A DNA stretch of 64,000 bases from Chiloscyllium plagiosum (Eukaryota), in the NCBI RefSeq assembly GCF_004010195.1, contig NC_057744.1:5428360-5492359 (forward strand), read 5' to 3'. The notes under the pieces were generated by a model, which worked only from the letters and a program-made list of their open reading frames with translations, did not search any database and was not told the DNA's origin. Of this stretch, positions 11,569-26,095 are shown piece after piece (position 1 is the stretch's first letter; every line of letters begins with the position of its first letter). Made by a program: the position numbers and the translations under genes.

Positions 11569-13866
11569 ATGATATTCCATCACTGTCCACCATCCCCTCA
11601 CCTGCAATCAGCATTCTATTTCACAGTTTAGAATAACAATCTCAGTCTGACAGCTATGGGAAATGACAAGGAAAAGAAAAATCAAAGGAAAAGAGATTTT
11701 GTCCTTCCTAACTCAACCCCTGATGGAGCACACTTCATAAACATAATTAGCTTCTGCCAGAACATTCCTTTGACCTTCAAAGCTTTGGCTCCTGTTACCT
11801 CTTATGTTCAATGTTATTTGACCTGTTGCCTTTCAAATTACCTGAAGCCTGTTGGTAATCATGTCTTAAATTTGCCATGCAGCCAATTCAATTGGAAAAT
11901 GATATCCAAATTGCTCCAATTTAGTTGTTCATTGGTTTTAATATGTTTAGCCCTGATTAGATCAGTTCCCGTCTCCCTTGCTCAGTTGTCAGATCACTTG
12001 TCTATCCTGTAAGGGGATGGGAGACTTAATACCTGCTAGGACTGGTCAGAATTATATTGCATACTTTTAAAAATTACAAATGTTAAAAGCCTTACTTAAA
12101 TGTTAAGTCAATCCTCCAACTCACATCTCCCCATAAAATGGTTGGGATCCAGTTAGAATGAGTTCATTTTATCCAGGACCCTTCCTGTGTCAGAAAGAGT
12201 CACAGAGGTATCATGGTGCAGAAGGAGATCATTCAGCCCATCGTGTCTGCTCTACTATCCTACCAGTGTGTGAACAGCAACCTGCAATGATGTATTGTCT
12301 TCAACCTAGTTAACTAATCTGAAACACATCACAGAAAGGATATAGGTTAGCAAGCACAGGGAGAGGGGGCAAACAGGTTAATGTGAGTGAGGACATGGTT
12401 AGGATATAGGTAAAAGCCATCATGATCCCAAAGGCTGCTCTCTCATTAGAGAGAGAGAGAGAAAGAGAAGGAACAGTTGATAAATACATCCTGAGGGTCA
12501 CCGCACCTTAAGGAAGGAGGAATATTGAGAAGGTAGGGTCCTTATAGTGACCTCAGCTACTATGGAAGTTGAACTGCCCTGTTGCCATCAGTCTGCATTG
12601 AAAACCAGCTGTCCGCTTAACGGAGCTAACTAATCCTCAAAGTGTGATTTGCAGGGTCCTGGATGAGCTAGAGTTTTCGGACATGTAGTTTAGTAACTTA
12701 TCGAGGCAACCACATTAAGTTCAAAATTTGGTCAATTCATTAACATCAACTCTCAGTTAAAGCAAACACAAAAAAAAATAACCATTAACGAGCTGTTGAT
12801 AAACTGTGCGGCCCCACATTGATGTCAGGTGTGTTGATGTTGCTGACTCTTTCTGAAACTAGCCTCAATCCACATCCTGTTTTTACACCTGTCTTCCACC
12901 GTAAATATACCAATCATTAACAGTCACAAAATGGAACAAATTTCTTTCTGAACAAGTTCTTAATTTATCTGCTGTTGGAAAAGACATTACCTCAGGGTGC
13001 TCTAAGAAAAGTTGCAAAAATCACATGAAAGATATTGACAAAGATGATCCAATTTAAATGTTCATCACATTGAAGGGTCCAACTGCTAGAATCAAAGTCA
13101 AATGAGGAAATAGTGGAAGATGTGTTGCTCAGTGCTTGGCATTTACAGCATAAAAAGTTGAGGAATGAGTTATAAAGTGAACTGTATTGGCACTTCCACA
13201 TCTTGTCTAATCTGGTTAAGTGCCAATTTGGCCACTTCTATGTTTAAAATCCATTGTTGACTCTCTCTCTCTAACTACCCAAGTTACCTTTCTAGTGGCT
13301 GTGGTGGCCCACGTTTTGCTTGTCTTATGAATTACTATGTAATTTGTCAATTTCACTTTTGCCCAGTGATAGGAAAAGATTGGCATTGTCTGGTAATTTT
13401 GATGAGAAAGTCCATGCCTGGCATAGCCTATAGGAGCAAATTACTGCAGATGCTGGAAGCTGTACTGAAAACAAAAATGCTGGAAATCACAGTGGGACGG
13501 GCAGCAACCATGGAGAGAGAGAAAGCTACCGTTTCGACTCTTCATCAGAGCATTGCATAGGCTGCCCCCATTGAGATTGGCACTGTAATCTGTAAGTACA
13601 TTCAGATACATTTCTGGAGGAAGAAGTGAAATACAGTTTCTCTTGTAACGTAATAAACGCAGCATTTAATTTACACACAGTAATCGTAACAATGTGGCAG
13701 TGACCAGATAATCTGGTTTAATGATGTTGCTTGAGTGGTTAAATATTAACAAGGATATCAAAGTTAACCGAGATGCTCTTATCTAAAATAACGCCAATGG
13801 ATCTTTTATGTCTCCACCTTCATCTAACAATGCTCCAAGAGACCATGTCCCAGAACATCCAACAGG

Positions 13867-13922
13867 AAAAATGGGGGACATCATGGTTAACAACAAAAAT
13901 GGGGGACATCATGGTTAACAAC
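13867..13922. repeat. Perfect 28-bp tandem duplication
   Basis: aaaaatgggggacatcatggttaacaac x2. Confidence 0.9.
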
Positions 13923-13964
13923 AAGTGAGAGTAGTAATAGATCAGAGGGGGAGTCTTATAAAGT

Positions 13965-14291
13965 TTAGATTAGATTTGATTCGATTCCCTATAGTGTGGA
14001 AACAGGCCCTTCGGCCCAACAAGTCCATACCGACCCTCCGAAGAGTAACCGACGCAGACACGTTTCCCTCTGACTAATGCACCTAACAACTATGGACAAT
14101 TTAGCATGGCCAATTCACCTGACCTGCACATCTTTGGACTGTGGGAGGAAACCGGAGCACCCGGAGCAAACCCAAGCAGACAGGGGGAGAATGTGCAAAC
14201 TTCACACAGACAGTCACCCAAGGCTGGAATCAAACCTGGGACCCTGGTGCTGTGAGGCAGCAGTGCTAACCACTGAGCCACCATGCTGCCC
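13965..14291 (-). mobile_element. HE1-like V-SINE
   Basis: Full-length reverse copy with an attag-like tail. Confidence 0.88.
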
Positions 14292-14344
14292 CACAAAACA
14301 GTTTTAAGTCTGAGGATTGGGAGAATTTTAGAGTTTAACAAAGA

Positions 14345-16022
14345 AGGTCCAAGAAATTTATAGACAATAGAATATGAATGTAAGCTAGCAAGAAATATAA
14401 AAACAGGTTGTTAAAGCATCCATAGATATGTAAAAAAAAGTAAAGATTATAAAAACACAAATAAAGCAAATTACATGCAGAGATAGGAGAATTTGTAATA
14501 GGAAATAGAGAAATGGTAGAGAAGCTAAGCAAATGATTTGTGTCTGCCTTTATTGAGCAAGCCACAAAAGGTTTTCCTGACATTAATAAGATCCACAGTT
14601 AATGCAAGAATGTGAAACTGGAAGAAGTATTAGTTATAACATGTAGTATTGGAGAAATTAATTGGGCAGAAGGTTGTCAAATACCTACGTCCCAATGTCC
14701 TTCATGATTTGGAGTTGAAAGAGATAGTTATAGAGATAATACATGCATTGGTGATCATCTTTCATAACTCTATTAATTTTGGTATAGTGACTGTAGATGA
14801 AAAAGTTGCAAGTGTAACCCTATTGTTTAAGAAAGGAAGGAAAGAGCATACAAATAATGGTTCATCTAAGGTCAAGAATAGTGAAAATATTAAAATATAT
14901 TATAAAGGAGATGATTCCTGTAAACTTAGAAATTAATTATTGTTTGGACAGAGTCAACATTGATTTTTAACTGGGAAACTATGTGCGATAAACCTGGTAG
15001 ACTTTTCTGAGAGTGTTACTTGCTGACATGATAAGGATCAGCCAGTGGGTACAGTGTATTTGGATTTTCAGAAAGTTTTTAATAAAGTCCCATACAGGAA
15101 GTTAGTAACCAAAATTAAAGCACATAGGATTGAAGATAATGGTAGAAAGATTGATTAACAGGCAAAAATCAGAGATAAATGGTTCATTCCCACATTGAAA
15201 GTCTGCGAACAGTAGGGTCAATGCTTCGGCCCCAATTGTTCACTATCTATATCAATAATTTGGATTTGGTGCCACCAATTGTATTATTTCCAAATTTGCA
15301 GATAATACAAAACTTGCAGAGAATGTGAGTTGTGGGATAGATATAATAAGGCTTCAAGAGGATTTATACAGGCTGAGTAAATGGGCAAGAGAGTGTAGTG
15401 GTGGTAAGTAGAAGAAACAGAAGTCCATTGTCTTTCTTAAATAGTGAATGAACAATTGGAAAGGGTTGCAAGAGTCCTTGTTCATCAGTGACTGAAAACT
15501 AGCATACAGGTACTGGAAGCGATTTGAAAAGCAAACAGTATGTTTGGATTTATCACATAAGGATTTGAATATGGAACAAAGAAATCTTGCTTCAGTTATA
15601 TAGAAGACTGGTGAGATTGCACCTGGAGTATTTTGAGAAGTTCTGGTCTCTTTGCCTAAGGAAGGATTTAGTTGCCATAGAGGGAGGTTCACCACATTGA
15701 TTCCTAGGCGTGGTGGGATTGTCCTATGATGAAAGATTGAAGAGAATGGACCCATTCTCTCTGAAGTTTAGGAGAATGAGAGGTGATCTCATAGAAACTT
15801 AGAAAATTCTTAAATGTTAGACAGAGTAGATGCAGAAAGGATGCTTTTCCTGGCTGTGGGGTCTAGAATTAAGGGACATAGTCTCAGAATAAAAGGCAAG
15901 GCTTTTAGGATTAATTTGAGGAAGAACTTCTTCACTCAGAGAATGGCAAATCCTTTGAATTCTCAATCCCTGTGGAAGCTCAGTCATGGAGCAAATTCAA
16001 GCTGGAGATCAGTAGATTCTTA
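14345..16022 (+). mobile_element. CR1-like LINE ORF2 remnant (RT)
   Basis: VASVTLLFKKG, LDFQKVF.KV and KFADNTKL motifs with many stops. Confidence 0.85.
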
Positions 16023-18243
16023 AATAAAAATCGCAAGTGCTGGAGAAACTGATGTAGTAGGATTTATGTAGAAAGAAACTGAGTTAACATTTTGAATCTA
16101 GTATAACTCTTCTTTGGAAGTTCAGAACAGTTCCAAACAAGAGTCATACTAGACTTAAAATATTAATTCTATATATAGAGTTGTGGAGTCATACAGCTGT
16201 ACAGCACGGAAACAGACCCTTCGGTCCAACTTGTTCATGCTGACTAGATATCCTAAATTAATCTTGTCTCATTTGTCAGCATTTGGCCCATATCCCTCTA
16301 ATCTCTTCCTGTTCATGTGCCCACTCAGATACCTATCAAATGTTGTAATTTTACCCACCTCCTCTGGCAGCTCATTCCATACATGCGCCAGCCTCTGCAT
16401 GAAAAAGTTGCCCCTTTAACGTCTTTCCCTCTCACTTTAAACCTATGCCCTCTAGTTTTGGAGTTCCTCCACAGTTTTGGCTGCCAGACCTGCTGAGTTT
16501 CTACAACACCTTCAGTTTTCATTTCATATTTCCTGCATCTGCAGTAATTTGCTTTTGTTTGGCATGTTTCTTGTAACAATTGACATCAATGGATATGAGG
16601 ATACCATGTGAATACGGCATCGAGGTAAATGATGAGCCATGATCTGGAATGGTGGAGCATGCTGAAGGGGCTGAATGGCCTACTCCTCTTGTTCCAAAGG
16701 TGAAATGCTCCCTTATTAATGCTTTGATGCGTCAATCTAATTTTTGTAGCACAACTGCCTGAAATGGGATTTGAACCCACACTGTTTGTGCTCACAAGGT
16801 GACAGTGCAACACATTTAAACCACTAAAGTGAATGAAGCGAGCCTCAACCCTTCATGGCTTCACTACTTTTGGACGTTGATGCTTGCCTACTAGAGGCAC
16901 AGCCTTTTTTCAAAAATTAATTTGGCTTTTCCTGTTTCTAAGCAGTTTTGCATTTCAAAGTCTGGTCAATAATAAAGGTACATCCGTTCAAGTTCATTCA
17001 CATCTTCTGTGAATACAGCCATGGAACTGAGTCAAAGGGAAAGGTGAGAGCTAAGCACAATCAGCAAGGAATGACAGAAGAAAAATAACATTTACTTCAA
17101 ACTGTCTCTAATTCAAATTGACACTTCTAAAAAGGTCAAAAAATTATCATAATTTTCTCTCCTGACCTTTTTTAAGTGGAACAATTTAAGTAAACTGTGT
17201 GTTTATCCAATGTCATGATGATCTTTTTGAAGTTTAATGATGGCCATGAACTGCATTTGAAATTGCATGTGAAGTAGTTGATTGTTCATTCATCCTTTTC
17301 CCTCTGTGTCATTCAGGTTCAGAAAGAAGTGGATTTGAATGGATCCAAGATGCAGTTAACCTTCATTTATAGATTAGAGACCTACGCTATTTAACTAATT
17401 GTGCACAGACGCTCTCATGTCAATGCAAACATTTTTTTTCAATCCCAAGGCAGGATGCAGCAAGATAGACACATTTCCCCGTGTATAATTACGTTATCTC
17501 TGCTGCCAGTCAGAATGGCTGTAGTTATTCAAAGAAAGTTAGCCACTTTGGCTCCCAAGTTTTCTTTTTAATTTCCAATGCAGCTTTATTTTAAGAACTC
17601 TTGAGAATTTATGTCACTACCTCTGTGCCACCTTACACTTAACAGCTGAGGAAGCAGGAGGTGTGTGTTTAAGAGGAACATATGACATCGTTCCGTTGTT
17701 TTCTCCCTCTAGTTGCTGGCTACAGAGAAATGCCCACCTTGCTGAGCATTGATAATGAATGGATTTGATGTCATTTAACCCTATATTTTGGCGCATCATT
17801 GAATTTAACACTCATCCAACTTACTCTGCGGTTAAATTTAGGAATAGTTCTAAGCTGTCATAAAGACACCCTGGCCTTTATTTGAAAATACAGGTAACCC
17901 TTTTTATGTTAGCTTAATCATACAACATCAGTTTTTTATATGTTTATTGCATTGGTATTAAAGTGCAGTTGGACATCCTCAGGTCAAGAAAGGTGCTATA
18001 GAAATGCAAGTTCTTTCTTTCATATCCTTACTATTCTGAAACAAAAGCCAAGTTAGTTGCACCACCTTGTAATTCAAATTATTCAGCCCAGAAGGAAGCC
18101 ATTTAGCCCATCATGTTTGCACCTGCTGTCTGAAAGCATAATTCCATATTTTTTTCTGGAGTAAAACACTGCAACAAAATCAACTTATACTATTGTTCAT
18201 CCCATATCAGGAATACTAGCCCACAATTTCTCCTGCTTTCCAG

Positions 18244-18338
18244 GAGAAAGTGAGGTCTGCTGACGCTGGAGATCCTGGGAGCAGATGCGGCGGAGACGAA
18301 GGAATTGGGAGAATGGGATGGCGTTTTTACAGGGGGCG
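18244..18338 (-). mobile_element. Penelope-like RT fragment joined to the family 1 terminus, between 34-bp direct repeats
   Basis: Minus-strand PAPCKNAIPFSQFLRLRRICSQD, the conserved C-terminal RT motif of Penelope-like elements. Confidence 0.75.
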
Positions 18339-21300
18339 GGAATACTAGCCCACAATTTCTCCTGCTTTCCAGACCAAGGTACATGACTAAACCTGGTGTT
18401 TCTCGGAGACATCTCCGTCACCACTACCCTCCAATTTTACCCTGTTTTGTCTCCTTCAGTTTTGTGACTCTTGTTCTCTTCATTGCAGCCATCACCAAAA
18501 TCGCTCTCTTTGTTAAACATGGCTCAGTTCCTTGGCTTTGATTCAGCAAGGCTGTGTCATCAAGTCCGACTGTAGAGATGCAAGTATCCTGGCTGATACT
18601 CGCATGCACTACTGAACAGGTGTTATGCAGTTGGAGGTGCTGTCTTTCATTTGAGAAATTAACACATCTGTCTTCTTGGTTAGATGTTCAAAAAAATCCA
18701 ATGTCACTGTTTTAAAGAAATGATAATGTCGTGGTCAATGGTAGTACCCCTCCAAAAATCAGTGTCTGTTCATCTATCATACATTGCTGAGTATCAGAGC
18801 TTGGGAAGTGCATATTGGCTGCAGGATTTCATATAATATAGAAACACTTCAAAAGTATTAGTACTAAAGTGCTATGGGATGTCCTCAGGTCAAGAAAGGT
18901 GCTATAGAAATGCAAGTTCTTTCTTTCATATCCTTAATAACAAAGGCTAATTTAGTTGAACAACTTTGTAATTGAAATTATTCATCCCAGAAAGAGGCCG
19001 TTCAGCCCATTGTGTTTACACCAGCTCTCTGAAAGCGTCAGTCCCTTCGCATCATTCTCTTGCCTTTTCCCCTTTAACCTTGCACATTCTACCTTTTTCG
19101 ATAATAATTTCATTTCATTTTGAAAGCCTCAATTGGTACTAACTCCATGATATACTCAGACAGCCCGTTCTCGGCCCAAACTATTTTCTGCATGAAAATG
19201 TTTTCTCTCATGTTGCTTTTGAATTTTTTTTCCAGTTACTTTAAATCTGTGTTCTCTCATCATCCATTCTTCAGGAATGAGGATTTTTTTTTCCTGTCTA
19301 TTCTGTCCTGCTCCCTCACGATACTATGTGTCTCCATTCCATTGACTGAAGTGACCCTTTCCTGAAACATTCTTGGAAATTTCTTCTGCACTCTCCCCAA
19401 TCGCCTGCACATTTTTCCTGAAGTGTGACCTCCGAGAAATGAACACAGCTAAGGTTGAGTGAGTATCTTATACAAGTTCAAACAAAATGTTTTTGTTTAC
19501 AAGATCTCAGACGTGCAGAATTGTTTATCTTCCTCAATCTTCCTCCAGCAAACCTCAATCTTTTAAAACTCAAACTTCACCCTCCCCAATCCCTAGTTCC
19601 TGATTTATTTTGTGTCTTCTCTGATACCTTTCACCCTCAGAGTTGGACTGCAGACTACTACTTTTTTCAGGGCAAATAGGGATGGACAATAAATGCTGGC
19701 CTACCCAGTGATGCCTGTATCCCATGAACTAATGAAAACTGTTGTCATCGAATAGGATGTCAGCCCAATACTGATGTTTGTCAATGGACAAGTCAGATAA
19801 AAGATTGTATTTAATTTAGAACAAGTTTATTTTTTTCCCATATATTTAGTTAACACATGAGAGTTCCTTTACAAAGGCTAGAAGTGTACATGCAAGCAGG
19901 GGTACTCATTTAATACAGGAACATGAGAACATGCCGGATGTGGAAACAACATTGGGGTCAATCTGGCCAGATGCAGTGAGCACAGAGGACTAATCCAGAG
20001 TCACTTTTCCTCCCACATCAACACTGAAGCTCTCTCCAATTGTCATATGGGATCTTCCTACAATTTGATTTGATTTGATACATTGTCACATGTACTCAAG
20101 TACAAAAGTACAGGAGTTATTTGCTCAGAGGGATATGAACATTTGATACATATATGTTTTTCTTAGCATGAATTGACTCTAAATGAAATGATTACTTCCC
20201 AAACCTCTGCATATGATTCAGTTTTGATTTGGTTTCCACCTCACAGTAAAAAATGATGACTAGATATTTAAGGTATTTCATATTTGTTTTATCACATGCC
20301 TCACATAAACACCCAGACAGACTATTCTCTGACTGGAGAAATCCCAATTCATCATTTCAGATTTCCAGATCTGAAAACTGAAACACCAAAATCTCAATTG
20401 GAATTTGGAAAAAAAAAATTTTGTGACTGAATTTCCCTTGAGGCTGAATGTCAAAAATGGGAAATTCCACAAATTAAGTATTTAAATACAACTATGTTGC
20501 AAAAGGTTACTTTACAGAATTGATTGGGAGCAAACCTTAGAATCTAATCTCCTGACTCTAGAAACACCCCCAGCACCATAAGTCTTCCAAGCTCATATAT
20601 CAATCTTCTTCTTTTAAGATGTCATCTAAAACTTATTTCTTTGACCGAAAGGTTTTGTAACTTGCCCTAATATTTCATAATATGCTTAATGATAACACTC
20701 CGTTGTGAAACACCTTAAGATATTTTTACTGTATCAAAGCTGCCACATAAATGCAACCTGTTGTTGCATACTAATGGTGTATGTTGTTAACTGAATATCT
20801 ATTATACTTAATTATATGCAGGTGGAAGCATAAATTGGGGTTTCACATGGGCATGTATAAAGTTACACTCATTAAAATGTCATGTAAGGAGATATATGCT
20901 AGAATGTTTCACTTTGTGGATAAGTACAAGACTGAATAAAAGTTGGCTTGTGTTGTATTGTTTAATTGGCTGGGTTTCCAGATTATAGCGTGGGTAGGTA
21001 GCCACAGGCACATCTGTGTTTTACCTGCTGCAGTCACAATGCACCAGAGCTACAATGTGTTTCATCCTAGTACTTCCCCTTACACTGAGATGTGCTGCAG
21101 CTACATGATTGGTTTGTGATGTTATTGGTTACATCATCTTTGACCACTCACAAGGATACAGGTGACAGCTAGAATTTGAGACTGAAAAGAAAATCAAAGC
21201 AAGGCAAAGCAAATTGGTTTCAAGATAAATGTAAGCACTTTTAGCTGAATTGACTTTAAATTTTGGAATTACCTCCATGATTTTCCTCATATTTCTCGTG

Positions 21301-21703
21301 TCCATTAAAATGCTTGTTAAAAGTAGTGTCTCTGACCAGGATTTTAGTCACTTGTCTTTCAGTGAAATGCTTTGGGATGTTTCACGATATTAAAAGTGCT
21401 GGAGAAATTGACTTATTTGGTGTCATTGTTATACTGGCTGATCTCCAATGAGATGAAAAAAGAAACGTGCAAATGCCTAACCAACTTCTCAAATCATCTT
21501 GGGGTCTAATCACAAATGGACTATTTGGACTGAACACATTCTTCACTCAGCAGCAGACCCTTCCTCTTTCAAGTTAGCTTCCTCCCAAAATCCCAGGTAG
21601 TCCAAATTTTAGCAAACAGAACAAGAAACATTGGAAAGGGGCAAATGCAGAATGACTGTTTTGGTGGTTCAGCCTGCAGTCTCTGAGCTTTAATACTTCA
21701 GGT

Positions 21704-21987
21704 CTAAGGGTTACTCCATATCAGCCAGAGGGTACTCATTGTAATGGTGTAAACTCCAAGTATCACCAAATACACACGGAAAAGAAATGTATCAAATCTG
21801 TAACAAAATGTCAGCCAGTCATTCTTAGGATTGGTCGGATCTTCTAGCTGATACAAGTAGAATTTGATTGAAGAAATCTCCTTTAGTATCTCTTTCACAG
21901 GGAGCTCTTTGATCTGCAAAGCTTGGGCCTCTTGGTTGAGAATTTTATCTTGATGTTGTCCAGGAGTTTCGGTATCGCTGTCAGAAA
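21704..21987 (-). CDS. HTR3B: 5-HT3B exon 9 (MA helix, M4, stop)
   Basis: ILKEISSIKFYL..DWLTFCYRFDTFLFRVYLVILGVYTITMSTLWLIWSNP*. Pyrimidine tract plus aag acceptor, phase 1. Confidence 0.9.
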
Positions 21988-22700
21988 CTTGGTTATAGAG
22001 GAAAGACAAGAACAGTTAAGCACGTTTTAGATTCTGTAGAAACAGAAGGGCACCACTCGCCCCCTTGAATATCATGCAAGTGGAAGTGTTGGTGTTGGAC
22101 TGGGGTGGACAAATTCAGAAGTTACATGGCACCAGGTTATAGTCCAACAGGTTTATTTGAAATCACAAGCCTTCAGAGCACTGCCCCTTTGTGAAGTGAA
22201 GTGAAAGGAAGCACCTGTGCGCTGTGACTTCAAATGAATCTTTTGGACTATAACCTGGTGTCATGTGACTTCTGACTTTGAATAGCTTCCGCTTGACATT
22301 GAGGTCATGCCTGTTGTGCCTATCTCCACCACTTTACCTGCATTGATTTCATAGCATTCCATACATTTTCTAAACACAAATGACATCCAGAGAAATCAGA
22401 GTTAACATTTGGGATGAGTGACCCTTCTTCAGAGTTCTAAGAAAGGGTCACTCGACCTGAAAGGTTATCTCTTATTTCTCTCCACATATGCTCTAAGACC
22501 TGCTGAGCTTTTCCAGCAAATTCTGCTTTTGTTTCTGGTTTTCAACATCCGCAGTTCTTTGAGTTTTTACAAATGTTATCAATCTTCATTTTGAAGTTTT
22601 CAATTAACTCCTGGCCATAACAGCTTCCTGGAGGAGAGATTTTCACCTACTCCTTATCTGAGGAAGGGCTTCCTGACCTTACCACTTTGCTTTAATTTTA

Positions 22701-23012
22701 ATTAGATTAGATTAGATTAGATTACAGTGTGGAAACAGGCCCTTCGGCCCAACAAGTCCACACCGACACGAAACCCACCCATACCCCTACATTTACCCCT
22801 TACCTAACACTACAGGCAATTTAGCATGGCCAATTCACCTGACCCTGCACATCTTTGGACTGTGGGAGGAAACCGGAGTACCCGGAGGAAACCCACACAG
22901 ACACGGGGAGAACGTGCAAACTCCACACAGTCAGTCGCCTGAGGCGGGAATTGAACCCGGGTCTCTGGCGCTGTGAGGCAGCAGTGCTAACCACTGTGCC
23001 ACCGTGCCGCCC
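22701..23012 (-). mobile_element. HE1-like V-SINE, young-looking copy
   Basis: CpGs retained, (ATTAG)n tail at about 22701-22723, intact A and B boxes. Confidence 0.9.
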
Positions 23013-24789
23013 ACTAATCTTTTGCCTCTTTGTTTGGGACCCCCAATCCATCACAAGAAATCTTTTCTCTTAGTTTATTCTAATATTTAATTATGGGTAT
23101 GTGCCTATTTAAAGGCATTGCTTTTATGACTCTTTTGACATCTTCTGAAATTTCATGAGCTAGTGAAGTAGACAAATGAGAGATAGGCTTCAGGCTGTTG
23201 GGCCAAAGCTTCCTCAGCAATGTAAATTCCATTTACCAGTGCTTCAACCAGATCAGTACCAGTGCTGAATGTCAAGTATGGTTCTATTGGTAGCATTTCT
23301 TCTGTGAGCTAGAAGGTTATGAGTTCAAATCCCATTTCCACTACAGAGAGCCTGATTTATAGAATGCCTGTTCTAATGAACATGATCTCACACAGATTTT
23401 AAAGGCTCAACATGTAAACATTTCCTGTGCTTACGAATAGCTACTTTACATCATTCTGCATTCTCCAAGTGCACACAAATCGACCTGTGAATGGACTCTG
23501 GAATGGAACCCATTGCCAATCTGCGGACTGCCTGTACTTAGCACAAAATCTTGGTTACACTGTTTTGCAGTATAGAGGGCTTGCTGCACACTGTCAGAGG
23601 TGCTAGCCTTTAGTCTAAACATTAAGTGGATGTCCTGACTGCCCTTCCAGGTAGACATTTTGAAGAGGTTTTCCCATGTACTTTGATGAGGTACAGGAAA
23701 ACCTTCCCTAGAGTCCTGGTCACCATCTATCCTTCAGTTAACATTTGATAAAATAGCTCAGCAGATCATTTGTCACAATTTGTTTGTGGGAGGTTGACAT
23801 GTGCAGGGTCACAGTTACATTTCCCTACATTACTTCAAAATTACTTTGTTGTCCTAAAGGCCTCTAGGAAATTATGAGGATGTGGAAGTGGCTATATAAA
23901 TGCAAATACTTTTTGAAAATGTCTGCTTTTTTGACACTCAAACTAGGTGGAAGTAAAGTTCCAAATATTTATTCAACCAGTGGTTACTAATCTTCCAGGA
24001 TTGTGCAGAGATTGTTTTCCAGGGCCCTGGTACAAGCAAACGCCAGGATAATCAAATGACAGGGAGACTAAATCTCCGAAAGAAATCTCCTTGAGCAATT
24101 ATTTATTCAATAATGATCAGGCTCTGAATTCTGGGTTGCCATTGTAGTCTTCTCATTTTGAAGAGTGGAGGAGAGCTCATCTTTTAACTATAAAGCTGTG
24201 CCTGTCCAACCTTTCTGCTGGCAGGTATGAAGATGACAATGGAAAGAGAGAACATTTCATGACCTCTCAGTTTATTCATCCGCTTGTGAATCCTTTCATT
24301 GCAACTCTAAGAGGGAAAGTGCGAAGATAAAGAAATGAGATGTCCTTTGACTTGGCAAGATAGTCCCAAGAACCCAGCTCCACCCAGCTTTAGGAATGAT
24401 TCAATCTCTTGCACAGCTTCCTCAAAGACAATTCCCTGGAATGTCTTGGCTTTGGATGTAAACTGCCACTGGGACTACCTTTTGAGAGTACACATGTCAT
24501 GACAAATCTGACACCTGTTTTCATTCTCACACCCTCTGGGAAGTAATTGTTTCAGAGATTTTCCAGAGTTGCTTCAAGTTCTAGGAGAACATTGGTCTCT
24601 GGTAATTTAGCTCTCAAAATGAGCAGTAGTGGAAGTCTGACAAGCTGTCCAAGCTCTTCCCCCACCTGAACCAACTCCCCCACTCCCATTTTCCTTCTCA
24701 GCTCTGCCACCATTATCCTACGGGGTTAAAGAGAGTTAAATATCAGGCAAGATTCCTGCTCCTAATTCCAATCCAAACAGCCCTGATAG

Positions 24790-26095
24790 TAATATCCAAT
24801 CCTGCCAATTACTGCTCCATCTGTTTACTCTCGATTATCAGGCAAGTGATGGAAATTGTTGCCAATAGCGCTATCAAGCAGCACATGTTTAGTAACAACC
24901 CGCCCACTGATGTCCAGTATGCGTTCTGCTAGGACCACTAAGCTCCTGACCTCATTACAGCCTTGGCTCAAAAATTGAATAAAAGAGCTGAATTCAAGAG
25001 GGAGGTGAGAGTGACAGTCCCATGACATCAAGGACACATTTAACTGAGTGTGCGGTCAAGGAGCCCTAGCAAAATCAGAATCAATGGCTATCATGGACAA
25101 ACTGTCTGGTGGTTAGAGTCCTATTTGGCACATAGGAGGAGGATTGTGGTTGTTGGAGGTCAGTTATCTCGGGTCCAGGACATCACTACAGGAGTACTTT
25201 TGGGAAATGACCTAAATAATCTTCCTTCGGACTAGTTGGACCGAAGGGTCTGTGTCCGTGCTGTACATTTGTATGATCATGACTATGACTATGACTCTAT
25301 GAAGTCGGAATTGGGGATTTTCACTGATGACTGCACAACGTTCAGTGCCATTTGCAATTCCTCAGCTATTGAAGCTGTCCATAGCCAAATGCAACAAGAC
25401 CTGGACAATATCCAGGTTTGGGCTGACAAGTGGCAAGTAACATTCATACCATACAAATGCTGGGTAATGACCATCTCCAATAAGAAAATCGAACCATCAT
25501 CCCTTGATATTCAATGGCATTGCCATCGCTGAGTGCTACACTATCAACATTGTGGGGTTTACCATTGACCAGAAACTGAATTTAACAAGCCATATAAACA
25601 CAGTGGCTCCAAGAGCAGGCCAGAGCTGGGAATTCTGCAGCAAGTAACTCACCTCCTGAAGCCCCAAACCTATCTACCATCTACAAGGCACAGATCTGGA
25701 GTGTATTAGAAGACTTGACAGCACTCAAGAGGGACAAAGCTTCTCACTTGATTGATACAACATCCATAAACATTCAGTTCCACTGATGATACTCAATGGC
25801 AGCAGATAGACTATCTATAAGATGCATTGCAGAAGTTCACCAAGGTTCCTGGGCAGCACCTTCCAAATCAATGACCATTATAATCTAGAAAGACAAGGGC
25901 AGCAGATAAATGGGAACATCACCAGCCGCAAGTTCCTATCCAAGTCATGCACCATCCTGACATTTGAAATATATTGTCGTTCCTTCAGTGTCATTGGGTC
26001 AAAACCCTAAAAGCATTGGTGACCTACCTATAGCATATAGACTCATTACATTCTCAAGGGCAACTAGGATGGGCATAGCCAGTGATGCTTATGTC
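24790..26095 (+). mobile_element. Non-LTR retrotransposon remnant (second LINE family)
   Basis: WLESYL and IFTDDCT (degenerate YADD) ..QQDLDNIQVWADKWQV. Related pieces at 27600-28430 (-), 41560-42470, 47820-48090, 55980-56290. Confidence 0.8.
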
